DNA of 64,000 bases from Chitinophaga pinensis (GTDB lineage: Bacteria; Bacteroidota; Bacteroidia; NS11-12g; UBA9320): positions 6,339 through 70,338 of the forward strand of contig CAMDGU010000003.1 of NCBI GenBank assembly GCA_945897885.1. Direction: 5' to 3'. Position numbers and translations under genes: made by a program. This document shows positions 50,967-59,413 of this stretch, piece after piece. The first letter of the stretch is position 1. Every line of letters starts with the position of its first letter. The notes beneath the pieces were generated by a model that had not been told where the DNA came from, searched no databases, and worked only from the letters and a program-made list of their open reading frames with translations.

Positions 50967-51060
50967 TTTCAATATATAGTGTTCAATGGTCATTTGGCTT
51001 CACCACATAAGTTAAATTTACAGGTATTGAAAATTGAGCGTTGAAAATTGAATATGGAGC
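50967..51060. repeat. Inverted heptamer tandem arrays
   Basis: TTTCAAT ATATAGT GTTCAAT GGTCATT (50967-50994) and ATTGAAA ATTGAGC GTTGAAA ATTGAAT ATGGAGC (51026-51060); TTTCAAT is the reverse complement of ATTGAAA. Confidence 0.6.
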
Positions 51061-51105
51061 ATTATTCTTAGATTGAATAGGTTGGTCAAAAATACAAAAA
51101 TTGCT

Positions 51106-52032
51106 TTAGCGTTTCATAGCCAATAAATATAGAACGGCCATGCGAATGGCTACCCCATTTTCTACCTGGTCTAAAATGATAGACTGGCTATGGTCGGCTA
51201 CATCGCTGGTTATTTCAACTCCGCGATTTATAGGTCCGGGATGCATAATGGTTATCTCTTTGCCCAGACTTTCCAGTATTCTTTTATTTAAGCCATATTG
51301 CATAGAATATTCTCGCAATGACGGGAAATATTTAATATCCTGACGTTCTAATTGAATTCGGAGCATGTTAGCCACATCACACCATTCAAGGGCTTTAGTT
51401 AGGTTGTATTCCACTTTTACACCCAAATGTTCAATATGTTTAGGTACTAAAGTAGCCGGTCCGCAAACCATTACTTCTGCACCTAATTTTTGGAGGCAAA
51501 AAATATTAGATATTGCTACTCGTGAATGCATAATATCGCCTACAATAGCTACTTTTTTTCCTTTTACATCACCAAGTTTTTCCCGTATTGAATAGGCATC
51601 AAGTAAGGCTTGTGTTGGGTGTTCATGTGTTCCATCGCCGGCATTTATAACTTGAGTATTGGTGTTTTTAGCTAAAAAAATGGCAGCTCCGGGAGCAGGA
51701 TGTCGCATCACAACCATATCTACTTTCATGGCTAAGATATTATTAACCGTATCTATTAATGTTTCTCCTTTACTTACTGAGGATGCAGATGATGAAAAAT
51801 TAACGACATCAGCCGATAGGCGTTTCTCAGCTAGTTCAAAGGAAACACGGGTTCGCGTTGAATTTTCAAAGAAAATATTAGCAATGGTAATATCTCTTAA
51901 GGTAGGAACCCTTTTTATAGGTCTATTAATTACCGTTTTAAAATTATCAGCCGTTCGGAAAATTAACTGAATATCCTCATGAGAAATTTCTTTTATACCG
52001 AGTAAGTGATTTACGCTTAATGATTCTTCCAT
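51106..52032 (-). CDS. pyrB: Aspartate carbamoyltransferase catalytic subunit
   Basis: FFENSTRT, SKGETL, NAGDGTHEHPTQAL, HSRVA, HPGPINRG. Confidence 0.98.
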   Translation of the reverse strand: MEESLSVNHLLGIKEISHEDIQLIFRTADNFKTVINRPIKRVPTLRDITIANIFFENSTRTRVSFELAEKRLSADVVNFSSSASSVSKGETLIDTVNNILAMKVDMVVMRHPAPGAAIFLAKNTNTQVINAGDGTHEHPTQALLDAYSIREKLGDVKGKKVAIVGDIMHSRVAISNIFCLQKLGAEVMVCGPATLVPKHIEHLGVKVEYNLTKALEWCDVANMLRIQLERQDIKYFPSLREYSMQYGLNKRILESLGKEITIMHPGPINRGVEITSDVADHSQSIILDQVENGVAIRMAVLYLLAMKR

Positions 52033-52036
52033 GTTT

Positions 52037-52576
52037 TTATTCAGTTATTATCCAAACTTCGGGTGTTGATTTGTTTTCTATCCATATCACTTCTACTCTG
52101 TCATGTGTTCGGGTATCTACTTCTTCACCTATATAATCCGGCTGAATTGGCAATTCGCGGTTAAATTTTCTGTCTACCAAGGCTATTAATTCAATTTTTA
52201 AAGGACGTCCAAAATCAGCCAAGGCATTGAGTGATGATCTAACAGATCGACCGGTATAGAGCACGTCATCTACAATAATTACATTTTTGTTTTCTACCAA
52301 AAAATCAATTTTTATAGTATTAGGAACAAGCATTTTATCTCCTTGTCTAAAATCATCTCGGTAAAAAGTACTGTCAAGTTCTCCATATAGAATGGTGTTA
52401 TTACCCGAAATTCGGGAAATAATTTCTACTAATTTTCTTGCAAGTAAAACACCTCGTGGTTGCATCCCAATAATGGCCAAATTATTCATGTCGCCATGAT
52501 TTTCAGTTATTTGTAAGGCAATCCTTTCAAGGATTATCCGGGTGTGTCCGGTATCAAGTATCAGGCGTTTTTCCAT
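52037..52576 (-). CDS. pyrR: Bifunctional pyr regulator/uracil phosphoribosyltransferase PyrR-like protein
   Basis: YRDDF, IIVDDVLYTGRSVR, GRP, LVDR...RELPIQPDYIG; directly upstream of pyrB. Confidence 0.9.
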   Translation of the reverse strand: MEKRLILDTGHTRIILERIALQITENHGDMNNLAIIGMQPRGVLLARKLVEIISRISGNNTILYGELDSTFYRDDFRQGDKMLVPNTIKIDFLVENKNVIIVDDVLYTGRSVRSSLNALADFGRPLKIELIALVDRKFNRELPIQPDYIGEEVDTRTHDRVEVIWIENKSTPEVWIITE

Positions 52577-52609
52577 TATAACTTAAATATGCTTTTTAGA
52601 ACCTTTGGT

Positions 52610-53017
52610 TTAGTGTTCTGACAATTCTAAAATAAAATCAAATTCTTCTTTTTTTAATTTACTTACCGATAATCGACCTATTCGTATTAAGTCTATATTC
52701 TGGAGCATTGGTTCTTTTTTCATTTGTTCCAAGGTTACCGGTGCTTTTAGTTTTTCAAGTGGTTCAATATCTACTACTACCCAAGCCGGGTCTGGTGTCG
52801 TTGGGTCTTGATATGATTCTTTAATAACTTTGGCTAAACCTATAATTTCTTTGCCTTCGTTGCTATGATAAAAGCAACAAATATCTCCAATTTTCATTTC
52901 GCGCAAATTATTTCGAGCCGTGTAGTTTCTTACCCCATCCCAAAAGGTGGAACCGTCATTTACCAATTTGTCCCAAGGGTATTTTACTGGCTCTGATTTA
53001 ATTATCCAATAGTTCAT
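52610..53017 (-). CDS. EVE domain protein (PUA-like)
   Basis: MNYWIIKSEP, WDGVRNY.ARN, FYHS, RLSVS. Confidence 0.93.
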   Translation of the reverse strand: MNYWIIKSEPVKYPWDKLVNDGSTFWDGVRNYTARNNLREMKIGDICCFYHSNEGKEIIGLAKVIKESYQDPTTPDPAWVVVDIEPLEKLKAPVTLEQMKKEPMLQNIDLIRIGRLSVSKLKKEEFDFILELSEH

Positions 53018-53032
53018 ATTTGTTCGTTATTC

Positions 53033-53067
53033 AAAAAAAAATCCCATTTCAAAAATGGGATTTTTTT
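53033..53067 (-). terminator. Intrinsic terminator after rpsA
   Basis: AAAAAAATCCCATTT...AAATGGGATTTTTTT stem; U9 tract on the minus strand. Confidence 0.85.
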
Positions 53068-53100
53068 CGTGAGTTATGAAAATAAGTTTTTCAATATTTT

Positions 53101-55467
53101 TTAACCGTTTACTAAATCTTTAGCTTGACCAACCCAATTTTCACGCTCTACACGACCGGGAGATTTGGTTAGTGCTTCGATAGCAACTATTCCAGCTTCA
53201 TTAAGTTTGCTTAATTGCTCAAATGTATAGATTCCTATTTTGTGAAGGTTTTCTTCAAATTTAGGACCTATTCCTACAATTGTTTTAAGGTCATTTCTTT
53301 TGTCGCCGGCTTCACCTACAATACTCATAAGAGTTTTTAAATTAGCCTCAGAATCGCTAACTCCTTCAGAATCTTCTTTTTTAGCCTTAAATTTTTTAGC
53401 AGGTTTTTCTTCAGATTCTACTTTTACAGCTTTTGCTGCTTTGGCAGGTTTTTCTTCTTTTACTACATCTGCTTTTTTATTTTTAGCATCTTTAGCATTT
53501 GAATCCATCAAAGCTTTAAGGCCTGAAAGTGCTTCTATTTCGCCCAAAGTGGAACGCTCAGTTTGTTGATTGAAACGCTTTACATTTTTGGTTGTAGCTT
53601 TTTCATTTTTTACAAGTTCTGATTTTTCTTCATCTTTCTTAGCTCTTTCCGCATCTTTCCAAATGTCAGTATGTGAAAGAATAATACGCTTTTGGTCTTT
53701 GTTGAATTCAATTACACGGAATTGTAATTCATCATCAGCTTTTGCATTGCCAACTTTCAAACCTTCTTTCTTAAGATGTTTGGTTGGAGCAAATCCTTCT
53801 ACACCATATGGCAGAGCAACAGTAGCACCTTTGTCGTTAACTTCGGTTACTGTACCTGTGTGTTCAGAACCTTCAGTGAAAATTCCTTCGAAAGTTTCCC
53901 AAGGGTTTTCATCTAATTGCTTGTGACCTAAACTAAGTCTTCTGTTTTCACGGTCAATTTCTAAAACCATTACATCCATTTCTTCACCTTTTTTGGTAAA
54001 TTCAGCCGGATGCTTAATTTTTTTGCTCCATGAAAGGTCAGAAACGTGAACCAAGCCGTCAACTCCTTCTTCTAATTCAATAAATAAACCATAGTTGGTA
54101 AGGTTACGAACGATTCCTTTGTGTTTAGAACCAATTGTGTATTTTCCTTCAATATTTTCCCATGGATCAGGAGTAAGTTGTTTAATACCCAAAGACATTT
54201 TTTGTTCGTCTTTGTCAAATGATAAAATAACAGCTTCTACTTCGTCACCCACTTTCATAAAGTCTTGTGGGTTTTTCAGGTGCTGGCTCCAACTCATTTC
54301 TGAAACGTGAATCAATCCCTCAATTCCTGGAGAAAGTTCAACAAATGCGCCGTAATCAGCTACAGTTACTACTTTTCCTTTTATTTTAGAGCCTACTTCT
54401 AATGAAGCAGTCAATTCATTCCAAGGGTTTTCTGTAAGTTGTTTTAAACCTAATGAAATACGTTTTTTCTCATCGTCAAAGTCAAGAACTACCACATTGA
54501 TTTTTTGCTCAAGGTGCAATACTTCCTCAGGATGGTTTACACGTCCCCATGAAATGTCCGTTATGTGCAATAATCCGTCGAGTCCTCCGAGGTCTATAAA
54601 CACACCGAAGTTGGTCATGTTTTTAACTACACCTTCAAGAACCTGTCCTTTTTCCATGCGAGATAATATTTCACCTTTTTGAGCTTCAATATCATCTTCG
54701 ATTAAGGCTTTGTGAGAAATTACGATGTTTTTGAAAGCTTCGTTAACTTTTACCACTTTAAATTCCATGGTTTGGCCAACGTATACATCATAATCTTTAA
54801 TTGGTTTCACATCAATTTGTGAACCAGGAAGGAAAGTATCCATTCCCATAATATCAACTACTAAACCACCTTTTGTACGAGACTTAATAAATCCTCTAAC
54901 AATTTGGTTTTCATCTTTAGCAGCAACAATTTTATCCCAGGCACTTTCTGCTATCGCTTTTCTGCGCGATAAAATAAGTTGGCCAAGGGTGTCTTCAGTT
55001 TTTTCAACATAAACTTCTACAACATCTCCAACTTTAATTTCTTGTAAATCTCTGAATTCTGTTCTATTTACAATACCGTCAGATTTGTAGCCAACATTTA
55101 CAACAACATCTTTTGAATTTAAGGATACAACAGTACCTTTAACAACCTGATGCTCGGCCAATTGAGTGAATGTACCTTTGTACAGATCAATCATTGATTG
55201 TTTTGAACCATCATCATAACTTGCAAAACCTTCCTTATCCATACTCCAGTCGAAGTCAGATGAAGGTGTTGGGGCTGCCGTTGGTTCTGATTTGGTTTTT
55301 GAAGCTACCGGAGTTTTTGTTTCAATAACTTCAGCCGGTGCTTCGGGGGTAGATACTTCTTCTGCAGTTTCAGCAGTTAAAGTTGATTCAGTAGTGGTTA
55401 CTTCCTCGGTTTGAGTTGGTTCAGGAGCCACTATCTCCTTTTCGATTTCGTTTGTGTTTTCAGTCAA
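53101..55467 (-). CDS. rpsA: 30S ribosomal protein bS1 with acidic N-terminal extension and C-terminal helix-hairpin-helix domain
   Basis: Six S1 repeats (e.g. FGVFIDLGGLDGLLHITDISW, YGAFVELSPGIEGLIHVSEMSW); TTG start; tail DLKTIVGIGPKFEENL...GRVERENWVGQAK. Confidence 0.96.
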   Translation of the reverse strand: MTENTNEIEKEIVAPEPTQTEEVTTTESTLTAETAEEVSTPEAPAEVIETKTPVASKTKSEPTAAPTPSSDFDWSMDKEGFASYDDGSKQSMIDLYKGTFTQLAEHQVVKGTVVSLNSKDVVVNVGYKSDGIVNRTEFRDLQEIKVGDVVEVYVEKTEDTLGQLILSRRKAIAESAWDKIVAAKDENQIVRGFIKSRTKGGLVVDIMGMDTFLPGSQIDVKPIKDYDVYVGQTMEFKVVKVNEAFKNIVISHKALIEDDIEAQKGEILSRMEKGQVLEGVVKNMTNFGVFIDLGGLDGLLHITDISWGRVNHPEEVLHLEQKINVVVLDFDDEKKRISLGLKQLTENPWNELTASLEVGSKIKGKVVTVADYGAFVELSPGIEGLIHVSEMSWSQHLKNPQDFMKVGDEVEAVILSFDKDEQKMSLGIKQLTPDPWENIEGKYTIGSKHKGIVRNLTNYGLFIELEEGVDGLVHVSDLSWSKKIKHPAEFTKKGEEMDVMVLEIDRENRRLSLGHKQLDENPWETFEGIFTEGSEHTGTVTEVNDKGATVALPYGVEGFAPTKHLKKEGLKVGNAKADDELQFRVIEFNKDQKRIILSHTDIWKDAERAKKDEEKSELVKNEKATTKNVKRFNQQTERSTLGEIEALSGLKALMDSNAKDAKNKKADVVKEEKPAKAAKAVKVESEEKPAKKFKAKKEDSEGVSDSEANLKTLMSIVGEAGDKRNDLKTIVGIGPKFEENLHKIGIYTFEQLSKLNEAGIVAIEALTKSPGRVERENWVGQAKDLVNG

Positions 55468-55477
55468 ATTTTTTGTT

Positions 55478-55503
55478 CCTCCTTTGATTGGGCGGCAAAT
55501 CTA
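55478..55503 (-). promoter_or_regulatory. rpsA -7 box (TAGATTTG, 55496-55503) and strong Shine-Dalgarno (AAAGGAGG, 55478-55485)
   Basis: Both read directly on the minus strand; SD is 10 nt before the TTG at 55467. Confidence 0.75.
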
Positions 55504-55801
55504 AAATTATTAACTCAAAAAACCAATCATATATTGAATTTATTAAGGAAAAAGTAATTGAAATGGCAATTTTTTAGAATAGCATATTTATAATTAGGAA
55601 GGTATATTAGGTCAAATACAGGTAATAAAATTTCCTTTTTTTAAAGCTTTAATCCGTTTGAAGCATTGAAAATAATAGTAAGTTTTAAAATCCATTAATA
55701 ATTTGAAGGAATGAATTTGGTCGAAAAAAATGTAATATTTTAGTAAAGGACTTCTTTATACAAATAATGTTCCTATTTTTGTTTAAAGTAATTTATATAA
55801 C

Positions 55802-57070
55802 ATGAAAAAACTATTTCTAACTTTAACCTTAGCCGCTTCCATGGTTTCGGCTTTTGGTCAAAATTCGAAGGCTATTGTTTCAAATGGCAATTTTGTTCAA
55901 ATTGGTGATTTTGATCCCGGAAATGCTTCGTTTTCAAATAATCAATTTCTTGGAATTGTAGAAACCAATCCAAAGGATTTTATTTATGATGCCAAAAATG
56001 GTCATGCTATTTACCAAGATAAATTTAATGGTTTGGTTTTTTGTAGTATTTCAGGAAATCAGGTAACGACCAAAAATGTTTTTATGATTACTACGGTTAT
56101 GGCTCCCGTTTACATTCCTTCAGCCGAAAAGATTGTTTGTTTTAGTGTTCAAAAAGAATTTAATGGGTATGGTAGTAATGAGGATAATTTGTTCCTTTCC
56201 ACTATTGATGTTAAAAAAGGGATTACCAAGAACATTTTAAAATTTACAGATTTATCAATTAATGATGTTGCAGCACCATTTTATGGAATAAATAATGTGA
56301 TGGATAGATTTACTGGTAAAATGACTGAAAAGGAAGTAGCTATAAGCAAACCAATGTATGTGGCTGAAAAGGATTTGTATGTTGTATTGATTCGTGATGT
56401 TACAGGAACAAACCGTTTGTACAAATTGCATGTTACTTCTTCTAATGCTCTGGCTTCAAGCGCACGTTGTGATTATAATATTATTGATATGACCCATGTT
56501 TCGGGCACTGATATTGCAAAAACATTGTTCTTTGAAAAATCGGGTACCACAAATATTTTAAAAGTGGGTGATTTTAATATTACAACCAATAGTATGAGCA
56601 ATGTCTCCGTTATTACTACCTTTACCGGGGCTGAGGTTAATAACGGTTCAATTAAATTTAGTATAGACCAAACTCAATTATTTGTTTCACGTTTTGATGG
56701 AAATAAAACTACCATTTACAATTTGAACACTTTAAATAATCAATCTGCATCTTCCGTTAATTATTCTGGATACATTCAATTTGATTATGGATTTAATGAT
56801 TCGTATTACAAAAAACATACCCGTGGTGATATTATAGGATTGTACCCAAATCCATCTACAGGATTGGTTTATTTTAAAAACAATACTGGGTTTGTTCCCA
56901 GTTCAATAAAGGTTTATGATAATATTGGTCAATTGGTTCGTTCTATTAAGATTGAAGAAATCAGTTCCGAAATACAAATAGATTTGAATGATATGGCTCC
57001 GGGTATGTATAATATAACAGTTGATATGCCAGGTGAAGATTTTAATGGTAAAGTTATTATAACCAACTAA
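55802..57070 (+). CDS. T9SS type A cargo protein, beta-propeller-like body, function unknown
   Basis: Signal peptide; CTD LYPNPSTG...GMYNITV...GKVIITN; TATTTTTG box at 55774-55781. Confidence 0.85.
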   Translation: MKKLFLTLTLAASMVSAFGQNSKAIVSNGNFVQIGDFDPGNASFSNNQFLGIVETNPKDFIYDAKNGHAIYQDKFNGLVFCSISGNQVTTKNVFMITTVMAPVYIPSAEKIVCFSVQKEFNGYGSNEDNLFLSTIDVKKGITKNILKFTDLSINDVAAPFYGINNVMDRFTGKMTEKEVAISKPMYVAEKDLYVVLIRDVTGTNRLYKLHVTSSNALASSARCDYNIIDMTHVSGTDIAKTLFFEKSGTTNILKVGDFNITTNSMSNVSVITTFTGAEVNNGSIKFSIDQTQLFVSRFDGNKTTIYNLNTLNNQSASSVNYSGYIQFDYGFNDSYYKKHTRGDIIGLYPNPSTGLVYFKNNTGFVPSSIKVYDNIGQLVRSIKIEEISSEIQIDLNDMAPGMYNITVDMPGEDFNGKVIITN

Positions 57071-57086
57071 AATAGGTAATAAAATG

Positions 57087-57123
57087 AACGGGTTTGGTGT
57101 TTTGCATTAAACCCGTTTTTTTA
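57087..57123 (+). terminator. Intrinsic terminator
   Basis: AACGGGTTT...AAACCCGTT followed by T run. Confidence 0.75.
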
Positions 57124-57157
57124 TGAAATAATTTTTAAAGTATAGCTGAAAAGAGTA

Positions 57158-58222
57158 ATGAGTATTAAAAATCTAATTTTTTGTGGTTTTGTATTTGGTT
57201 CGCTTTTCCTTGCATCATGCAAGCCAGAGGAGCCTGATGTAATAATAAAGAAGACCAAATTAGATACTGCTTTAATCAGTGTTTCCAGTGAAATGCCTCC
57301 CATTGTAAGTTTTGCAGATAATAAAGTAACCAAAGCAGGACTAGAGTTAGGACGTTTTTTATTTTATGATAAACTTTTGTCCGACAACAATACCATAAGT
57401 TGTGGTTCTTGCCACAATCAGGCTTTGGCCTTTACCGATAATGGCAAAAAGTTCAGTACCGGTTCTTCCGAGGATAAAGTTGGAAATCGAAATGCCATGC
57501 CTACGTTTAATTTAATGTGGTTTGATAGTTTATTTTGGGATAGCAGGGTAGCTCGGTTAAAGCAATTAGCCATTATGCCTATCGAAAATCCATTGGAAAT
57601 GAATACAACTGCCGAGGCCGTTGTAGAAAAGTTGAAAGTATCAGCCGACTACAAGGAGCGATTTAAGAAAGCATTTGGGGATGAAAATATAACTACTGAG
57701 CGACTGGCAATGGCACTGGAACAATTTTTAATGTCGATGGTTTCTGATAATTCACGTTTTGATAAAGCAAAGCGAGGTGAACTTTCTCTTACCGGTGAGG
57801 AAAAGCGGGGATTTGAGGTAGCCAGCCAAAAGGGATGTTTTAATTGCCATAGTACATCCTTGTTTACCGATAACTTATCGCATAACACCGGGCTCGATCT
57901 TTATTTTAAAGATAAAGGTCTTGGTGGATTTACAAAAAAATACATTCAGGAAGGAATGTTTAAAACACCGAGTTTAAGAAATGTAGCACTAACAGCACCC
58001 TATATGCATGATGGCCGAATTGAAACCTTAGAAAAAGTAATTGATTTTTATGATCACGATGTAAAGGATAATTTGACTTCAAGAAATATTTCACCATTTA
58101 TAGAACAAGGCACTCGCAATCAAATTAGTCCGGCAGATAAAAAGGCATTGATAGCTTTTTTAAACTCTCTTACAGATTATGAATTGACAAACAATCCTAA
58201 ATTTTCAGATCCGTTTAAATAG
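57158..58222 (+). CDS. Di-heme cytochrome c peroxidase family lipoprotein (MauG/MbnH-like)
   Basis: Lipobox FLASC; hemes CGSCH and CFNCH; LGRFLFYD, LFWDSR, FKTPSLRNVALTAPYMHDG. Confidence 0.9.
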   Translation: MSIKNLIFCGFVFGSLFLASCKPEEPDVIIKKTKLDTALISVSSEMPPIVSFADNKVTKAGLELGRFLFYDKLLSDNNTISCGSCHNQALAFTDNGKKFSTGSSEDKVGNRNAMPTFNLMWFDSLFWDSRVARLKQLAIMPIENPLEMNTTAEAVVEKLKVSADYKERFKKAFGDENITTERLAMALEQFLMSMVSDNSRFDKAKRGELSLTGEEKRGFEVASQKGCFNCHSTSLFTDNLSHNTGLDLYFKDKGLGGFTKKYIQEGMFKTPSLRNVALTAPYMHDGRIETLEKVIDFYDHDVKDNLTSRNISPFIEQGTRNQISPADKKALIAFLNSLTDYELTNNPKFSDPFK

Positions 58223-58309
58223 GATATATTTAGCATTGGGAGTTAAGCTATTTAATCCCGATACATTATTATAAAGAATACCATTACTTTGTAAATTCAT
58301 TACACTACT

Positions 58310-59308
58310 ATGAAAACTTTAATTCTGCTAATTGCTTTTTTAACGAATACCATTTTGTTGATTGCTCAAAATACGAGTAGTCTTCGCTTTGATGGTGTGG
58401 ATGATCATGTCTATATCGGTACAGACACGGTTTTTAGTATTCGCGATAGTATTACATTAGAGGCTTGGGTGAAATGCGATTCATTGCAAACCAACAACTT
58501 TGCCCGTATCATTGATAAGCTGGATTATACAAATAAAAGAGGATTTAATATTAGATTAGATTATGGAAGTGTGTTATTTCAATGTATGGTTTCAGATGGT
58601 TCGGGCAATAACCTTAGAAGTACAAAAAAAATACAAGACAATAAATGGCATCACATAGCCGGAACCTATGATGGCCGCATAATGAGGCTTTATATTGATG
58701 GAAAACAAGAAAAATTTGGAGATGTGGTAGGCACTTTTAGTATAAATGCTAATAGCCAACAACCCTTAGCCATAGCAATATCGTATGATAATGCCACTGC
58801 CAATCCCTTTAAAGGATCTATTGACGAGGTTCGCATTTGGAACATAGCCCGCGATTCAGTCCAAATACGAAAGGGTAAAGACAGTTGTTTGAGAGGTAAT
58901 GAAAAAGGATTAGTCGGGTATTGGCAGCTTAATGAGAATAAGGACACTATTGCTTATGATAAATCTAAGAATAAAAGTAATGGGATTTTAAAGAATGGGG
59001 TAAATTGGAGTACCGATGTTGGATTTAAGGAATTATGTATTACGGCAGCAGTAGATAACAATTTTGACAAGATTAGGTGTGCTGTATATCCTAATCCTAT
59101 AACTGAAAATAGCATCATTGATTTGAGCAATTTTAAGGGGATAGTTAGCATTAAAATTTTGAACTCGCAAGGATCATTAATAAAGGAATATAATTCAGTT
59201 GGTTCTTATTTTAATCTGAATAAGAATGATTTTTATTCGGGATTATATTTTATTTCAATTTCAAATTGGCAAAATTTTCAAACCTATGTAAAGTTTATTG
59301 TTCCTTAA
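58310..59308 (+). CDS. LamG-like jellyroll domain T9SS type A cargo
   Basis: SLRFDGVDDHV, ITLEAWVK, WHHIAGTYDG, FKGSIDEVRIWN, GLVGYW; CTD VYPNPIT...GLYFI. Confidence 0.88.
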   Translation: MKTLILLIAFLTNTILLIAQNTSSLRFDGVDDHVYIGTDTVFSIRDSITLEAWVKCDSLQTNNFARIIDKLDYTNKRGFNIRLDYGSVLFQCMVSDGSGNNLRSTKKIQDNKWHHIAGTYDGRIMRLYIDGKQEKFGDVVGTFSINANSQQPLAIAISYDNATANPFKGSIDEVRIWNIARDSVQIRKGKDSCLRGNEKGLVGYWQLNENKDTIAYDKSKNKSNGILKNGVNWSTDVGFKELCITAAVDNNFDKIRCAVYPNPITENSIIDLSNFKGIVSIKILNSQGSLIKEYNSVGSYFNLNKNDFYSGLYFISISNWQNFQTYVKFIVP

Positions 59309-59413
59309 ATCTGTAATTAAAGCTAGGGTGAGTTAAATTAATTATTAAATTAGTTTGCTTTTGATAAAGCATTTGTTAGATTTGTTTTAATTAAACTACT
59401 AACATAAAAATTT

